NCBI GenBank assembly: GCA_963667175.2 | Contig: CAXXXF010000006.1 | Span: 224,001-288,000, forward strand | Source of the DNA: Candidatus Latescibacterota bacterium | GTDB taxonomy: Bacteria; Latescibacterota; UBA2968; GCA-2709665 | DNA length: 64,000 nt | Direction: 5' to 3' | Shown: in pieces, positions 48,813 to 58,649 of the stretch | Position numbering within the stretch: position 1 is the stretch's first letter | Layout of the letters: every line of letters begins with the position of its first letter | Made by a program: the position numbers and the translations under genes | The notes under the pieces: generated by a model | Databases searched by the model: none | What the model was told of the DNA's origin: nothing | Seen by the model: only the letters and a program-made list of their open reading frames with translations

Positions 48813-49619
48813 ATGTCCGCAATCGATCGCCTCGTCAATATTATGGCCCGGTTACGCGGACCGGACGGATGCCCCTGGGACCGCGAGCAGACGCACCAGA
48901 GCCTCAAACCCTATCTGATTGAAGAGACCTACGAAGCCCTGGACGCCATCGACAGGGAAGACGACGATGGCCTGCGGGACGAACTTGGCGATGTACTCCT
49001 TCAGATCGTCTTTCATGCGCAACTTGCCCGAGAGGAAGCCAGGTTCACGCTCGAAGACGTCGCAGCGGCCACGTCCGAAAAGCTCATACGCAGGCATCCG
49101 CATGTATTCGGGAGCACGACCGCGAACACCCCCGGACAGGTGGTTGAAAACTGGGAGGCCATCAAATCGCGGGAAAAGCGGGAAAAGGGCCGGAGTCCGT
49201 CCATACTTGAAGGCATACCCCGGCAACTTCCCGCGCTGTTCAGGGCAAGGCGGGTTCAGGAGCGGGCAGCCCGTTCCGGCTTCGACTGGACAGATACGGA
49301 CGAGGTCGTAGACAAAGTGCGCGAGGAAGTGGACGAGTTCCTTGAAGCGTGGCGGGACGCAGACAACAAGGGCGTGGAAGAAGAACTTGGAGACCTCCTG
49401 TTCTCTCTGGTCAACCTCGCCAGATTTCTGAAGGTCTGCCCTGAAGAAGCGCTTCGGAAGACGGTCGGGAAATTCGAGCACCGTTTCCGTTATATAGAAC
49501 AGGAACTTGGACGGCGGGGCAAGAATCCGCAGAACGCCAGTCTGGAAGAAATGGACCGGCTTTGGGAGGCATCCAAGAAGACGGCGTCGGACAAAACCAC
49601 GGCCAATCCGGAATCATGA
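48813..49619 (+). CDS. mazG: nucleoside triphosphate pyrophosphohydrolase
   Basis: LR...GCPWDREQT, EETYE, ELGDVLLQ, KLIRRHPHVF, second EELGDLLF domain. Confidence 0.95.
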   Translation: MSAIDRLVNIMARLRGPDGCPWDREQTHQSLKPYLIEETYEALDAIDREDDDGLRDELGDVLLQIVFHAQLAREEARFTLEDVAAATSEKLIRRHPHVFGSTTANTPGQVVENWEAIKSREKREKGRSPSILEGIPRQLPALFRARRVQERAARSGFDWTDTDEVVDKVREEVDEFLEAWRDADNKGVEEELGDLLFSLVNLARFLKVCPEEALRKTVGKFEHRFRYIEQELGRRGKNPQNASLEEMDRLWEASKKTASDKTTANPES

Positions 49620-49645
49620 CCCGTCCTTCCGGATTTCGACCGATC

Positions 49646-50617
49646 TCAACCCCCCGCCACGCGTTCATACACCTGCACCGCAGCCATCAGATCCTGAATC
49701 GCCATTCCCGTGAAATAGGCAATGGCGCCCCGGCCGCGCCGGTCTTCCAGGCGGCCCAGCGCCGCGTCTCCAATGGTGAGTACGCGCCCCTCACAGTTCG
49801 CGGCCAACCGGTCCTCGCCCAAACCGGCCAGCAGGAAATCTCCCGACTTCAGAACCTGATCGGGATGGTCTGCAACCACCTCCCGGCTGCGCAACAGCCC
49901 GGCCTCCAGCTGAGCCGTCCTCGGGTCGCCCGCGATGACGGACAGATGCGCCTCGTCTGCCACGTCCCGCCGTCCCAGGATCGGACGGGGCGTGGGAACC
50001 GCCGTCAGCACGGCATCGACCCCTTCCAGGCAGTCGTCAATGGCGTTCGTACTCCGTATACGGGCGTTCACCTTTGGTTGCACGTACCCGGCGAACGCCT
50101 CGACGTTGGCGGGACTTCTGCTGGTCGCCCTGATCTCCCGGGGCGCAAGGGCGGCGTCGGCACAAAGGGCAAGCGCCCGGGCAATGCGTCCGGTGCCCAC
50201 AATCGCCAGCACGTCCGCGCTGGCGGCAAGATAGCGGACGCCCAGCGCGCCCGCCGCGCCCGTCCGCATATTGGTCAGGTATTCCGCATCCAGTACAGCG
50301 CCCCGGCTCGTCGCAACCTCTTCCAGTTCGATCACGGCGGTGCGCGCCGCAAGCCGTCCGGTAGAGACGTCCGACCGTTCTACGATCACCTTCCTGGCTC
50401 GGTACCGCCCCGGCCATTCCGCGGGCATCTCCAGGCGAAAGAGATCCGCGCGTTCCGACCTTCGCACGTCTTCCCGTCGCGGCGGATTCAGCGCCTCTCC
50501 CGACCCATAGAGGCGAAACGCCCGGTCACAGCTTTCCACAACCTCCTCGGCAGACAGAATACCCGCTATTTCGGCATCTGAAATCTTCAATTTTCCTTCC
50601 AGGGGTACGCCCTCCAT
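49646..50617 (-). CDS. ornithine cyclodeaminase / mu-crystallin family protein
   Basis: LTNMRTGAAGALG, IVGTG.IA Rossmann motif, TG.AIQDL. Confidence 0.8.
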   Translation of the reverse strand: MEGVPLEGKLKISDAEIAGILSAEEVVESCDRAFRLYGSGEALNPPRREDVRRSERADLFRLEMPAEWPGRYRARKVIVERSDVSTGRLAARTAVIELEEVATSRGAVLDAEYLTNMRTGAAGALGVRYLAASADVLAIVGTGRIARALALCADAALAPREIRATSRSPANVEAFAGYVQPKVNARIRSTNAIDDCLEGVDAVLTAVPTPRPILGRRDVADEAHLSVIAGDPRTAQLEAGLLRSREVVADHPDQVLKSGDFLLAGLGEDRLAANCEGRVLTIGDAALGRLEDRRGRGAIAYFTGMAIQDLMAAVQVYERVAGG

Positions 50618-50807
50618 TGTGTGCGCGCGGATAGAGTAACCGTGCCTGCGAACGGACGCGACAGGCGCCCGGTTGTGAAGAGAAAAGCCGCCCGGCGCCG
50701 TGAGATACCGATCCGCTACGGGCGTGGAAATTCGACTTGACGGGCGCTGACTCAAGTTCAATATTGAAGGTCCTTTTCAATCCCAACGCCCGAAAACGAG
50801 GCATCTC

Positions 50808-51974
50808 ATGAAAATTACGGACGTCGAAACCTTCATCGCCGGCAACCCGTGGAAGAACTGGCTCTTTACCCGAGTGCACACGGACGAGGGTGTCACCGGC
50901 GTCGGCGAGGGCACGGTCAACTTCCTGGCCCGCACGGTCGAATCCGCCATTCACGAACTCAGACCGCAGTGGGAAGGGCAGGATCCGTTCCAGCCCGAAC
51001 GCATTCTTCAGCGGATGTACCGCGACGTGTACACCGACGGGGGCCAGATCCATAAACATGCGGCGGCGGCCATCGAAGTCGCATGCTGGGACATCATGGG
51101 CAAGTGCCTGAACAAACCCGTCTATCAGCTTCTGGGCGGTCAGATGCGCGACAGGATCAGGGCCTACGCGAACGGCTGGTATCGCGGCCCGCGGACGCCG
51201 GAGAACTTTCACGAAAAGGCGCTGGACGTGGTTCGCCGCGGGTATACGGCCCTTAAATTCGACCCGTTCGGGTCCGCCTACCAGATCACGGATCTGGATG
51301 ACGAGGCGCTGGCCGTCGACATCATCGCGGCGGTGCGCGACGCCGTGGGCCCCGGCGTGGACGTTCTCGTGGAAGGGCATTGCCGATTCAGCACGTCCAC
51401 CGCCCTCAAATTCGCCCGCAAGATGGAGCCGTACAATCCCACCTGGTTCGAGGAACCGACGCCTCACCACAAAATCGACGCCCTCACCCAGGTTGCGAGA
51501 GAATCGCCGGTACCCATCGCCACCGGCGAAAGCCTCCATACGAAATACCAGTTCGCCGAACTGCTGAAACACGACGTCGTACACATCCTGCAGCCGGAAC
51601 CACTGGCCTGTGGCGGTCTGTGGTCAACCCGCATGATATGCGACATGGTCGACGCGCACTACGGCGTGGTCGCGCCGCACGACGCACAGGGCCCCGTCTG
51701 CACCGCCATCTGCCTCCAACTGGCGGCCTGCACGCCCAACCACTTCATACAGGAGACGTTCGACGAATTCAACGTGGCGTGGGAACGCGACCTGGTTACG
51801 GGCGAGAGGTATGACGTCGTAGACGGCTGGTTCAGCGTGCCAACCGCGCCCGGCCTGGGCATCGATCTCAACGTCGAGGAGATTCGCAAACATCCCTATT
51901 CCGTGAAAAACCACCTGCCGCTCTTCAGGGACGGCTGGGAACGCCGTGTTTCCCAGGAGGATTTGACGTCATGA
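50808..51974 (+). CDS. mandelate racemase/enolase superfamily dehydratase (DgoD-like)
   Basis: TDEG.TG.GE, IE.A.WDI.GK, AYANGW, KFDPFG, EGH.RF, WFEEP, ATGE, PGLG. Confidence 0.88.
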   Translation: MKITDVETFIAGNPWKNWLFTRVHTDEGVTGVGEGTVNFLARTVESAIHELRPQWEGQDPFQPERILQRMYRDVYTDGGQIHKHAAAAIEVACWDIMGKCLNKPVYQLLGGQMRDRIRAYANGWYRGPRTPENFHEKALDVVRRGYTALKFDPFGSAYQITDLDDEALAVDIIAAVRDAVGPGVDVLVEGHCRFSTSTALKFARKMEPYNPTWFEEPTPHHKIDALTQVARESPVPIATGESLHTKYQFAELLKHDVVHILQPEPLACGGLWSTRMICDMVDAHYGVVAPHDAQGPVCTAICLQLAACTPNHFIQETFDEFNVAWERDLVTGERYDVVDGWFSVPTAPGLGIDLNVEEIRKHPYSVKNHLPLFRDGWERRVSQEDLTS

Positions 51975-53341
51975 ATGTCGTCTTCATCGTGCTCGACAGC
52001 TTCCGTCAGGATCACGTAAGCCTGTATCATCGCGGCGTTGCGCCTTTTTCGGGCGTCGACGCCTGCAAGACGCCCAATATCGACGAATTCGCGGGGGAAT
52101 CGGTGGTGTTCGAAAACGCGTATCCGGAAGCCCTGCCCACCATTCCGATTCGCTGCCAGCTGATGACCGGGCAGCGCACGCTGCACAACCGCGGCTGGCA
52201 ACCTCTCACCGCCGAAGACGTGCACGTCGCCCAGATACTCTCCGGAGAGGACTATGTCTGCGGGCTCATCACGGATACGTACCACTACCGGGCGCCCGGA
52301 ATGAATTATCACCGGAACTTCGCCTCGTACGACTGGATCCGGGGCCAGGAATACGATCCCTGGATCTCGGCGTCGACCCGGCGCGATATCGACGACTACG
52401 TCAATGGAAACTATCCCGAAACCTGGCGCCGGCGCATCTCACAGTTCCTGGCCAATACCGACGGCTTCCACTCGGCCGAAGACGAATTCGCGTGGAAAGT
52501 GGTCGACAGCGCCGTCGACTGGCTCGACGCCAACCGGTCGCACGGGAACGTGATGCTCTGGGTGGATTCGTTCGACCCCCACGAACCCTGGAATCCGGTG
52601 CCGGAATTCGACAGCTACACCGATCCCGCCTTTCGGGGACCCCGGCTGATTATGCCGATGGGCGGACCATCCGAAGACTGGGCCTCGCCCGACGAGATCT
52701 CCCACGTCCAGGGCCTCTACGCGGGGGAATGCGCCTTTGTGGACCACTGCCTCGGGCGGCTCTTCGACGCGTTGAAAAACCAGGGATATTACGACGACAG
52801 CGTCATTTTTCTGCTGGCCGACCACGGACATCCTCTGAACGACCACGGCAAATTCCTGAAGGGCGCGGACCGGATGTACAACGAATTGCTCAAGGTCCCG
52901 TTCATGGTCAGATTGCCGCGAGGGAGACACGGGGGTCGGCGGACGTCCGCGATCATACAGTACCAGGACGTGCTGCCCACCCTCCTCGACGCGCTCGGCC
53001 TGCCCGGCAACACCGACGCGATAGCCGGCCGCAGTTTCATGCCCGTACTCACCGGAGATTCGGACGAACACCGGCGGACGATGATCACGGGCTACCATAG
53101 CGGAATCGACCGCTGCACCCGAGACGACGCCTGGAGTTATATCCAGCGCCCGGCGGGCGAACCCGACGAACTGTACCATCTTCCGGACGATCCGAAGGAA
53201 GAAAACAACCTTATCGACGATCACCCCGACGAGGCCCTGCGCCTGGCGGGCGCATTTGGAAAGACGTTCAAACGCACGTCAACGAAGACGGTCAAAGGGG
53301 TACAGGGTGAATATGAAATGGCCTCATCGAGCATCGACTGA
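51971..53341 (+). CDS. sulfatase-like hydrolase (TxPxR motif)
   Basis: LDSFRQDH, TPNID, PTIPIR..LMTG, FDPHEPW, ADHG, ELY.L..DP.E. Confidence 0.85.
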   Translation: MNVVFIVLDSFRQDHVSLYHRGVAPFSGVDACKTPNIDEFAGESVVFENAYPEALPTIPIRCQLMTGQRTLHNRGWQPLTAEDVHVAQILSGEDYVCGLITDTYHYRAPGMNYHRNFASYDWIRGQEYDPWISASTRRDIDDYVNGNYPETWRRRISQFLANTDGFHSAEDEFAWKVVDSAVDWLDANRSHGNVMLWVDSFDPHEPWNPVPEFDSYTDPAFRGPRLIMPMGGPSEDWASPDEISHVQGLYAGECAFVDHCLGRLFDALKNQGYYDDSVIFLLADHGHPLNDHGKFLKGADRMYNELLKVPFMVRLPRGRHGGRRTSAIIQYQDVLPTLLDALGLPGNTDAIAGRSFMPVLTGDSDEHRRTMITGYHSGIDRCTRDDAWSYIQRPAGEPDELYHLPDDPKEENNLIDDHPDEALRLAGAFGKTFKRTSTKTVKGVQGEYEMASSSID

Positions 53342-53460
53342 ACCGACGTCATCGCGCCCCGGCGGGAGCCAGTGACCTGATTTCGTGGAAGGATCGGCGA
53401 CGGCGCAGCGCCGAGGCGGCGCCCCTCGCCGAGAACACCGCGCCATAGAAAGGAGACCCC

Positions 53461-54201
53461 GTGGAAAATCCCGTGAAAACGAAACTCTTGAGGGGCAAGT
53501 TGTCCCTCGGCGGCTGGCTGAACCTGGGTTCCCCGCTGGCCGCGGAACTCATGGCCGCCGCCGGTTACGAGTGGCTGGCCATAGACGCGGAACACTCGCC
53601 GTTTGACATCCCCCTGATCGCGGATACGTTCCGGGCCGTCGAAGCCCGGGGCGCCGTGCCCTTCGTCCGCGCCTGGGACCACGGTCCCGTATCCCTTGCC
53701 CGCATCCTGGACGCCGGCGCGTACGGCATCATCGTGCCCCACGTCAGCACGCCCCGGCAGGCGGAAGCACTGGTGCAGGCCATGCGCTATCCGCCGGAGG
53801 GCGCCCGCTCCGCCGGTACGGGCAGGGTGGCCGTCTACGGCGACGAATATCGCCGGAACGCCAACGATGCGGTGATGATCGCACCCCAGATTGAAGATAT
53901 GGAGGGCATCAACAACACGGAAGCCATCATGTCCGTCGAGGGGATCGACGTGGGATTCCTCGGACCCAACGACCTTGCCCTCTCCATGGGCGTGAATCGA
54001 GGCCACCCGGATCACGAGAAGGCCATCCGGACGTTCGTGTCGGGATGCAGGAACGCCGGCAAACCATACGGGATGCCCGAGCGCGACCTGGACACTGCCA
54101 GGAAACGCATTCGTGAGGGGTTCACGTTCATGGACGTCGCCAGCGACCTGCGCACCCTGGAAGCCGGCGTGAACCATGCGCTGGCCGAAATCAGATCCTG
54201 A
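53461..54201 (+). CDS. HpcH/HpaI aldolase family protein
   Basis: IDAEHS, VR, LDAGA.GI..P, YPP.G.RS, QIE, GPNDL. Confidence 0.9.
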   Translation: MENPVKTKLLRGKLSLGGWLNLGSPLAAELMAAAGYEWLAIDAEHSPFDIPLIADTFRAVEARGAVPFVRAWDHGPVSLARILDAGAYGIIVPHVSTPRQAEALVQAMRYPPEGARSAGTGRVAVYGDEYRRNANDAVMIAPQIEDMEGINNTEAIMSVEGIDVGFLGPNDLALSMGVNRGHPDHEKAIRTFVSGCRNAGKPYGMPERDLDTARKRIREGFTFMDVASDLRTLEAGVNHALAEIRS

Positions 54202-54216
54202 GAGACCAGGGGGAGA

Positions 54217-54257
54217 CCCTCACCCACCGACCCCCTCTCCCAGGGGGAGAGGGGGAG
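54217..54257. repeat. REP-like palindromic element
   Basis: CCCTCACCC...CCCCCTCTCCC-AGG-GGGAGAGGGGG perfect 11-bp stem between convergent genes. Confidence 0.55.
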
Positions 54258-54331
54258 CAAGACTACAGGTCGAATCGCTCACTATATACCCGCTGGATGG
54301 CCACTCGACAGACCATCCGGCGCCCGGGTCT

Positions 54332-55543
54332 TCAGACGAGATTTCCCTCCGCGCGACTGTTCGAACCTGTCACCACAACGGGTTCCCGCATCCCCACGCA
54401 CATGTTGCCGCCCACCAGATTGGTATCGCTGGATCCGCTTTCCACGATGCCGCCGGTCTGCGTGGGATCCGCCTGGTCGTCGGCACAACGATTGCCATGC
54501 ACAATTGTCCGCTGCAGGTCGTGAAGCCGAATCCCGGGCCAGCGACCGGGCGCCTCCTGCGAATTGCTCAGCAGCAGGTTTCCGGAAACCACCTGCTCCT
54601 CGCCCCGGTTGGCGTCGATCCCGCAGCGCCCGTTGTACGCGCAGACATTGTCGCTGATGACGTTGTGATGGTCGCCGCCGTTCGCCACCCCGCCGATCCC
54701 GTTCTGACGGTTTCTTGAAAACACGCTGTCGCTGCACACCGTATGGTGCACGCGGGCGCAGAAGAAAAAGCCGTCGCCGCCGTTGCCTTCCGCGATGTTG
54801 TGCGACCAGACGCTCGCGCGGAGCGCCGTACCGGGGTGAAAGCCGTGTCCGCGGCAGCCGTGGGCCTGGCATTGTGTCACCTGAACGTCGCTGCCGCGCT
54901 GAATGCCGATCCCGTCGCTCGGCCAACCCAAAACCGTGCAGTTCGCCACCCGCACCCGCTGGCATCCCACCAGATGGACCGCGGCATAGGTGAAATCCCA
55001 CCAGGGCCCCCGGACATTCTCCGGACCCCGTATGGCGAGTCCCTGAATCTCGATATCGACTTCATCCCGCGCGTAAATCGCCGGGCACAGCCGGACGGCC
55101 CGCGCGTTGTCGACCACCTTCAACGCCCGTTCCAGCGGAACGTTCAGCCGCACGCGGGTCCCGTTTCGCGCCAGAACGACGCCGTGCGTACCGTGCCAGC
55201 CGTACTGCCGGTCGTCGCATATTCCGACGGCGTCGCCCGCCTCGAACGGCGGTAGCGTGCGGCATTCGACCTCGTATTCGCCCTCCCGCGCGTCTTTGTC
55301 CAGGGCAACGGATTCCGGCGGACGTATCGCCAGAACGGTCGCTGGACCGTCGCCGACCAGGCTTACGCGTCGAGGTAAATATACGGACTGCCGCAGGAGA
55401 TAGGCGCCCGCCGGCGCGCGGACCCGTCCTCCCGCCGGCGACAGAGAAGCAATCGCCTCGGCAATCCCCGCCGTAGGGGATTCCGGATCGTAAAAATCCG
55501 CAGCATTGACTTCGGACTGCCGTGCCGGCGACCCCGACATCAC
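54332..55543 (-). CDS. right-handed parallel beta-helix (pectate lyase superfamily) protein
   Basis: AGIAEAI....GG.V..PAG.Y N-terminus; repeated N....NG..GI beta-helix units. Confidence 0.8.
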   Translation of the reverse strand: MMSGSPARQSEVNAADFYDPESPTAGIAEAIASLSPAGGRVRAPAGAYLLRQSVYLPRRVSLVGDGPATVLAIRPPESVALDKDAREGEYEVECRTLPPFEAGDAVGICDDRQYGWHGTHGVVLARNGTRVRLNVPLERALKVVDNARAVRLCPAIYARDEVDIEIQGLAIRGPENVRGPWWDFTYAAVHLVGCQRVRVANCTVLGWPSDGIGIQRGSDVQVTQCQAHGCRGHGFHPGTALRASVWSHNIAEGNGGDGFFFCARVHHTVCSDSVFSRNRQNGIGGVANGGDHHNVISDNVCAYNGRCGIDANRGEEQVVSGNLLLSNSQEAPGRWPGIRLHDLQRTIVHGNRCADDQADPTQTGGIVESGSSDTNLVGGNMCVGMREPVVVTGSNSRAEGNLV

Positions 55544-55580
55544 ACGCTCCCTGCGATACAGGCGACCCGCGCCACGACGC

Positions 55581-56309
55581 TCAAACCGACGGCGGCTCCA
55601 GAATAACCGTCACGCCCATATCGGCGAATTTCGACCGCTCTTCCGCCGATCCGATCCGGTGACACACCGCCACACCGGTACCTTCGAGAGACTCTGCAAC
55701 GTAGGCCACGGCGTCATCCACCGACTTCAGGGCGTGATTGGGGTGCGCCCTCAGGTTGAACGTCAGGTCGGTGGGCCCGAACGAAAGGCAATCCACTCCG
55801 GGCCGGGCCAGAAAATGCGCCCGGGTCGCGGCCTCTACGGACTCGATCTGAAGCCACAACACACCGTACGCGTTCCACCAGTCCGCGTATTCGAAAGGAT
55901 CGGAGAACGCCGACGCCCCGCGCCGGGAACGGCCGCCGATGCTCCGGATCCCCGCCTGCGGATAGTAAAACGCGTTCACCGCCTCGATTGCCGTCTCGTC
56001 CGTCTCGGTCTGAGGCACCTCCACGCCGCACGGTCCCAGATCCAGGTAATTCCCGATCAGGTACGCGTTCCTGGTGTGTTTGATGCGAAACTGGACGAAC
56101 ACGTCCAGTTCCTCCGCGATGCCGCAGAATTCTTCCAGCCGCTCCTCGTTAAACGCGGAATGCTGGCTGTCTGCGGATACGAAATCGTACGGACCGCTGT
56201 CCATCACCTGCAGGAATCGCTCCCGCGTCGCGTTCAGCGGCAGCATCGTGCCCACAATCTGCTCGCCGTTGCGCATCCGTTTCTTGAGACCCATCGCGTT
56301 TTCGAACAT
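55581..56309 (-). CDS. divergent HpcH/HpaI aldolase family protein
   Basis: DSQH, YYP..G.RS, LQIES, FGP.DL; GGAGG RBS before ATG 56309. Confidence 0.78.
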   Translation of the reverse strand: MFENAMGLKKRMRNGEQIVGTMLPLNATRERFLQVMDSGPYDFVSADSQHSAFNEERLEEFCGIAEELDVFVQFRIKHTRNAYLIGNYLDLGPCGVEVPQTETDETAIEAVNAFYYPQAGIRSIGGRSRRGASAFSDPFEYADWWNAYGVLWLQIESVEAATRAHFLARPGVDCLSFGPTDLTFNLRAHPNHALKSVDDAVAYVAESLEGTGVAVCHRIGSAEERSKFADMGVTVILEPPSV

Positions 56310-56659
56310 ACAACCTCCGGTTTCGATCATGGCGAAAGGAGATCCGTACCAGATCCTCATTCATGATGCCTGTTGCTCTAACCTCAATTCGAAAAAGACA
56401 ACCGCTAAATCAGCCACAAAAAGCACAAAAGTCACAAAAGGTATCGGCGCCAAACGGGGCGTAGAGGTCGTCCATAAGGACAATTCTTCCGTTCACGTCC
56501 AGTAACCTGAAAGTTCCTGGATATCCGACGTCAAATCGCCTTTATTCACCTGGATATATTCGATTTAACCTCACCGAAAAATTACAAATCAAGGCTAATC
56601 GTCGAATTGTTGGGGTTCTCCACAATCATGCGGAGGCGTACGAGGTCAGATTCAGAGAA

Positions 56660-57901
56660 TCAACGCAAGTCTGCCGCGTGCGTTCTCACCTTTTCGAACG
56701 CCATGCAGAGATCTGTCATCTTCGATTCTGAGGCGAGCAGAACCGTCTGAGACAGCCAGATACGGTCTTTACAGGCCTTCTCGGCGTTCGGCAGGCAAAG
56801 TCGCCGATAGTCCGGCGCGTCGTCCATCGTGGTCCAGGCGAAGGGCTTGTAGGAACCGGCCGTCCAGTCGTTCTGAAAGACGGGATTCCGATAGACCGGC
56901 TCGGTATAGCCGCCGCTGGCTGGCGCCCCCTCCGCTCTGAGCGCCTGAAGGAACCGCTCCCGGGATACCCCCTCGAATTCGTCCGGCTCGTACCTGGCGC
57001 TGTAAATGTGCCAGCTCGCCCTTGTCGCATCCCGTAGCCTTTCGACCGGCTCGATACCATCGATCCGAGAAAGCGCCCGGGTCAACGTCGCTGCATTCTG
57101 TTCCCGGATATCCGTTTGCATTCTGACCCGCTCCAGCTGGCACAAGAGTATCGCGGCCGCAAAATCCGTCATTCGATGGTTGCCGCCCCAGCGGCGTCCT
57201 TCGGGCGCACGGTCGAACCGGGACCGTCCCGAATTGATCACGCAGTTCATTCGGTCGGCCACCTCTTCGTCGTTCGTCAGTGCGATTCCACCCTCTCCGC
57301 ACGTGATGTTCTTGCTTCGCTGAAAACTGAATCCCGACGCCAGACCCCAGCTGCCCAGACCCTTTTCCATGTACGCCGCACCCCAGCCGTGACAGGCATC
57401 TTCAAGCACGACGAGAGCGTGACGGTCCGCAATGCTCCGGATACGCCGCATATCACATGCCAGCCCGCCGAAGTGCACAACCATGATCGCCTTCGTTCGG
57501 GGGGTAAGCGCCGCCTCAATCGCATCCGGATCGATATTGTCCGAATTCGGAGCGATGTCCGCGAAGGTTACCGTCGCGCCGGCCCCCAGAATTCCCATAC
57601 ACGTACCGTGAAACGTATATGGACTGGTGATCACCTCGTCTCCGATGCCGACCTCCGCGCCCCGGCACGCAGCTTCCAGCGCATTGGTGCCCCCACTGCA
57701 AACCACCCCGTATGCGGCATCCTGAAAACTGGCGAATTTCTCTTCAAATTCCAGACACCTGGGGCCGTAGTTCCAGTTCCGACTGCGCGCCACCTCCAGC
57801 AACATGGCCTCTTCAGTCTGGTCGAACTGCGGCCAGGGATCCGCAATCCCTTGTGTAAGCTCGGGCTCTCCGCCCAACAGTGCGAGTCGGCTGGACATCA
57901 C
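56660..57901 (-). CDS. DegT/DnrJ/EryC1/StrS aminotransferase
   Basis: EDACH..GA, FSFQRSKNITCGEGG (PLP Lys), N.RM. Confidence 0.9.
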   Translation of the reverse strand: MMSSRLALLGGEPELTQGIADPWPQFDQTEEAMLLEVARSRNWNYGPRCLEFEEKFASFQDAAYGVVCSGGTNALEAACRGAEVGIGDEVITSPYTFHGTCMGILGAGATVTFADIAPNSDNIDPDAIEAALTPRTKAIMVVHFGGLACDMRRIRSIADRHALVVLEDACHGWGAAYMEKGLGSWGLASGFSFQRSKNITCGEGGIALTNDEEVADRMNCVINSGRSRFDRAPEGRRWGGNHRMTDFAAAILLCQLERVRMQTDIREQNAATLTRALSRIDGIEPVERLRDATRASWHIYSARYEPDEFEGVSRERFLQALRAEGAPASGGYTEPVYRNPVFQNDWTAGSYKPFAWTTMDDAPDYRRLCLPNAEKACKDRIWLSQTVLLASESKMTDLCMAFEKVRTHAADLR

Positions 57902-58001
57902 GCGCCTTCAAAACAGAAAAATTCAGCGTTGCGTTACGGGCAGGTCGGACATAGATTTCCAGGCGCCGGAAACCAGACGTCATTGTGAACGGAGATTATT
58001 C

Positions 58002-58625
58002 ATGAGAGTCGAAATCAGCAGCCGGTCCACGCCGTACGAATATCAGTCGCTCCAGGGGCACGCGCTCTTCAGCATGGAAGAAGCCGTGCTCTCATACGAG
58101 CGCTTCGACGGCCGGATGAGCCCTCCGGTCAAACGCGTGAATTTCAACCGGAGCGACAGCGTTTCGGTCCTTCTCTATGCGTGGGAGACCGACGAAATCG
58201 TCCTCGTAGAACAATTCCGCTACCCCGCGTACGCAAGCTATCCTGAATCGGAACGGGACGGCAAGGGCTGGATCCTGGAAACCGTCGCCGGCATCAAGGA
58301 TGCCCGCGGGCCCGACGTGGCCCGACGCGAACTGCTTGAAGAAACAGGATTCACGCTCATCGGCGACCTGGAGCACCTCACCACCGCTTACGTCAGCCCG
58401 GGCGGCGCCTCTGAACGCGTCGAACTCTATCTTGCCCGTGTACGTACACCGGAAGGCATCCGGAAGCACGCGGGACTGGAAACCGAAACAGAAGACATCC
58501 GCACGCATACCATCCCATTTGAAGAGGCCCTTCGCATGGTCGCGGACGGACGCATCGTGGACTTGAAGACGATTGTCTCGCTTTACATGCTCAAAGAACG
58601 ATTGGACGGAAGAAGGGAAACTTAA
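58002..58625 (+). CDS. NUDIX hydrolase (NudF/NudK-like)
   Basis: LVEQFRYP, E..AG, RELLEETG, SPG...E, EDI, DLKT. Confidence 0.85.
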   Translation: MRVEISSRSTPYEYQSLQGHALFSMEEAVLSYERFDGRMSPPVKRVNFNRSDSVSVLLYAWETDEIVLVEQFRYPAYASYPESERDGKGWILETVAGIKDARGPDVARRELLEETGFTLIGDLEHLTTAYVSPGGASERVELYLARVRTPEGIRKHAGLETETEDIRTHTIPFEEALRMVADGRIVDLKTIVSLYMLKERLDGRRET

Positions 58626-58649
58626 GAAGCTGTCTCAATATTCTCCGCG

